A stretch of 64,000 nt of DNA, from the NCBI GenBank assembly GCA_012295275.1, contig CM022671.1:12276001-12340000 (forward strand), read 5' to 3'. The notes under the pieces were generated by a model that worked only from the letters and a program-made list of their open reading frames with translations, was not told where the DNA came from and searched no databases. The translations under genes and the position numbers were made by a program. The DNA comes from Chrysomallon squamiferum (Eukaryota; Animalia; Mollusca). Positions 62,783-64,000 of this stretch are shown here, piece by piece. The stretch's first letter is position 1; each line of letters begins with the position of its first letter.

Positions 62783-64000
62783 CTGAAATATTTAAAGAAC
62801 AAATTCCTTTCTCATTATCGGTGTCATTGCTAATCATAACATTTATATATCACGTATAAGCATTCGCGGTATAAAAAGTAATAATTCAGTTTGAGTGTCT
62901 CGTTATATACAACACGTGACCTAGCACATCAAAATCAGGAATAATTAGGCAAATTAATTTTTAAGTAAAGATTCTGTGAATTCTAATTTTTGATACAACT
63001 GTCCAAAATAGAAATGTTTAGCTGTATTGGCCGCTACGTTATATCTTTGTAAAGAGAAGATACAATATATGAACACATCTTTTGAAAATATTAGATTAAA
63101 ATAATGGCTCATGTAAAACCAAAACGATAGCGTCGCATCGGTTCAAAGTCATCCGCTGCCTAAGCCAGTCAACTGAGACATATTACGTCATGTGATTACT
63201 ATAGGCAGATCATCGTGCTTTTCTTTACATTTTTCCCCTTTCCTGATATATTGTTCATGGTCAATGAGACCGATAGGGCTTTTCCAAAAACAAAAACACG
63301 TTTTTGAAATTCTTTATTTTATACTGCTGCAGTAGCATAACAATAACATACGATAGTACTTTTATCTGCCTTAGAGCTGACAATATCTGGACCAGATGAG
63401 GACCGCGTTTGGACCAGACAAATGTGCTAGTTGAAAACTGTACCAAAGTCATATAATCGATCTTATCAGCGAAAAATACCCATTAGCGCAATTCTTGGAT
63501 TTGATGTGTTCTGTTACATTTCGTCTTTCTTTTTAACATGAAATTTTAAGCTAAATTTTTTTTAAATCTACAATATCCCGCATAAATTTGGCAAGAGTTA
63601 TGTCCCTTCGAGTTTCTTTTTATCTTGACATTTTTTTAATGTAGTTTTGAACACACACACACACACACACACTACTGATGTTTCTAGCCAAATTTTTTTA
63701 AACTGATGTCATAGCATCGACATAATTTAGAAGCTCTGATGTTAATTTTAGGTTAGTTATTTACTTGGGTACATTACAGTCTAGTAGTATCACTGTGTAG
63801 TGATTTGAAGAGTGGATGTGTGCGTATTTTATAATATACATATTTAACCGTTAGAGATCCATCATTATCAAAATGACATGTATCATTTCTGATATTGCCA
63901 GATATATTGATATATTAGCCAGGATAGGAACCTCAAATCAGTGTATTTTGCTATGTTTTCATAGTATACAATTATGTTTAAAACATTTTGTGTCTCTAGA

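Noticed and set aside
63261-63452. ORF ...HLVQILSALRQIKV... as the upstream carbonic anhydrase exon
   Set aside because: No convincing splice sites giving the required phase-1 donor; the region looks like a repeat fragment.
1-64000. CRISPR arrays, tRNA/rRNA genes, intact transposase or viral genes
   Set aside because: None seen: no regularly spaced repeats, no recognisable tRNA/rRNA motifs, and both long ORFs are host exons.

Overview
AT-rich, intron-containing animal genomic DNA with many microsatellites; an invertebrate, probably a mollusc or other lophotrochozoan (inference from protein style and repeats). No prokaryotic features such as CRISPR arrays or operons. I assembled six protein-coding genes by hand from GT-AG exons with consistent phase: (1) the 3' part of a Ttd14-like P-loop/CYTH gene (+, 492-4547); (2) NUDT9 ADP-ribose pyrophosphatase (-, 11342-16187, N-terminus uncertain); (3) RNF25 RWD-RING E3 ligase with a 2.3-kb last exon (-, 26870-35264); (4) DNTTIP1, head-to-head with RNF25, with a 2.56-kb second exon (+, 36809-49385); (5) the kinetochore pseudo-GTPase CENP-M (-, 53842-58021), almost invisible in the ORF track; (6) the 3' end of a probably GPI-anchored alpha-carbonic anhydrase (-, 62314-62782). 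Between them lie a decayed partial copy of the Ttd14 gene, fossil transposons (Tigger-like, pogo-like DDE, Helitron helicase, TIR elements), an inverted pair of telomere-like repeats, a fresh 163-bp tandem duplication and several inverted repeats. The best leads are the triple PPG-phi (GYF-ligand-type) tail on RNF25, alternative hydrophobic N-termini for NUDT9, the ~870-aa disordered extension of DNTTIP1 with SIM-like motifs, and a CENP-M that keeps a GxxGxGK loop. All family assignments come from motif recognition, not database searches. I cannot demonstrate a wholly new system from sequence alone.
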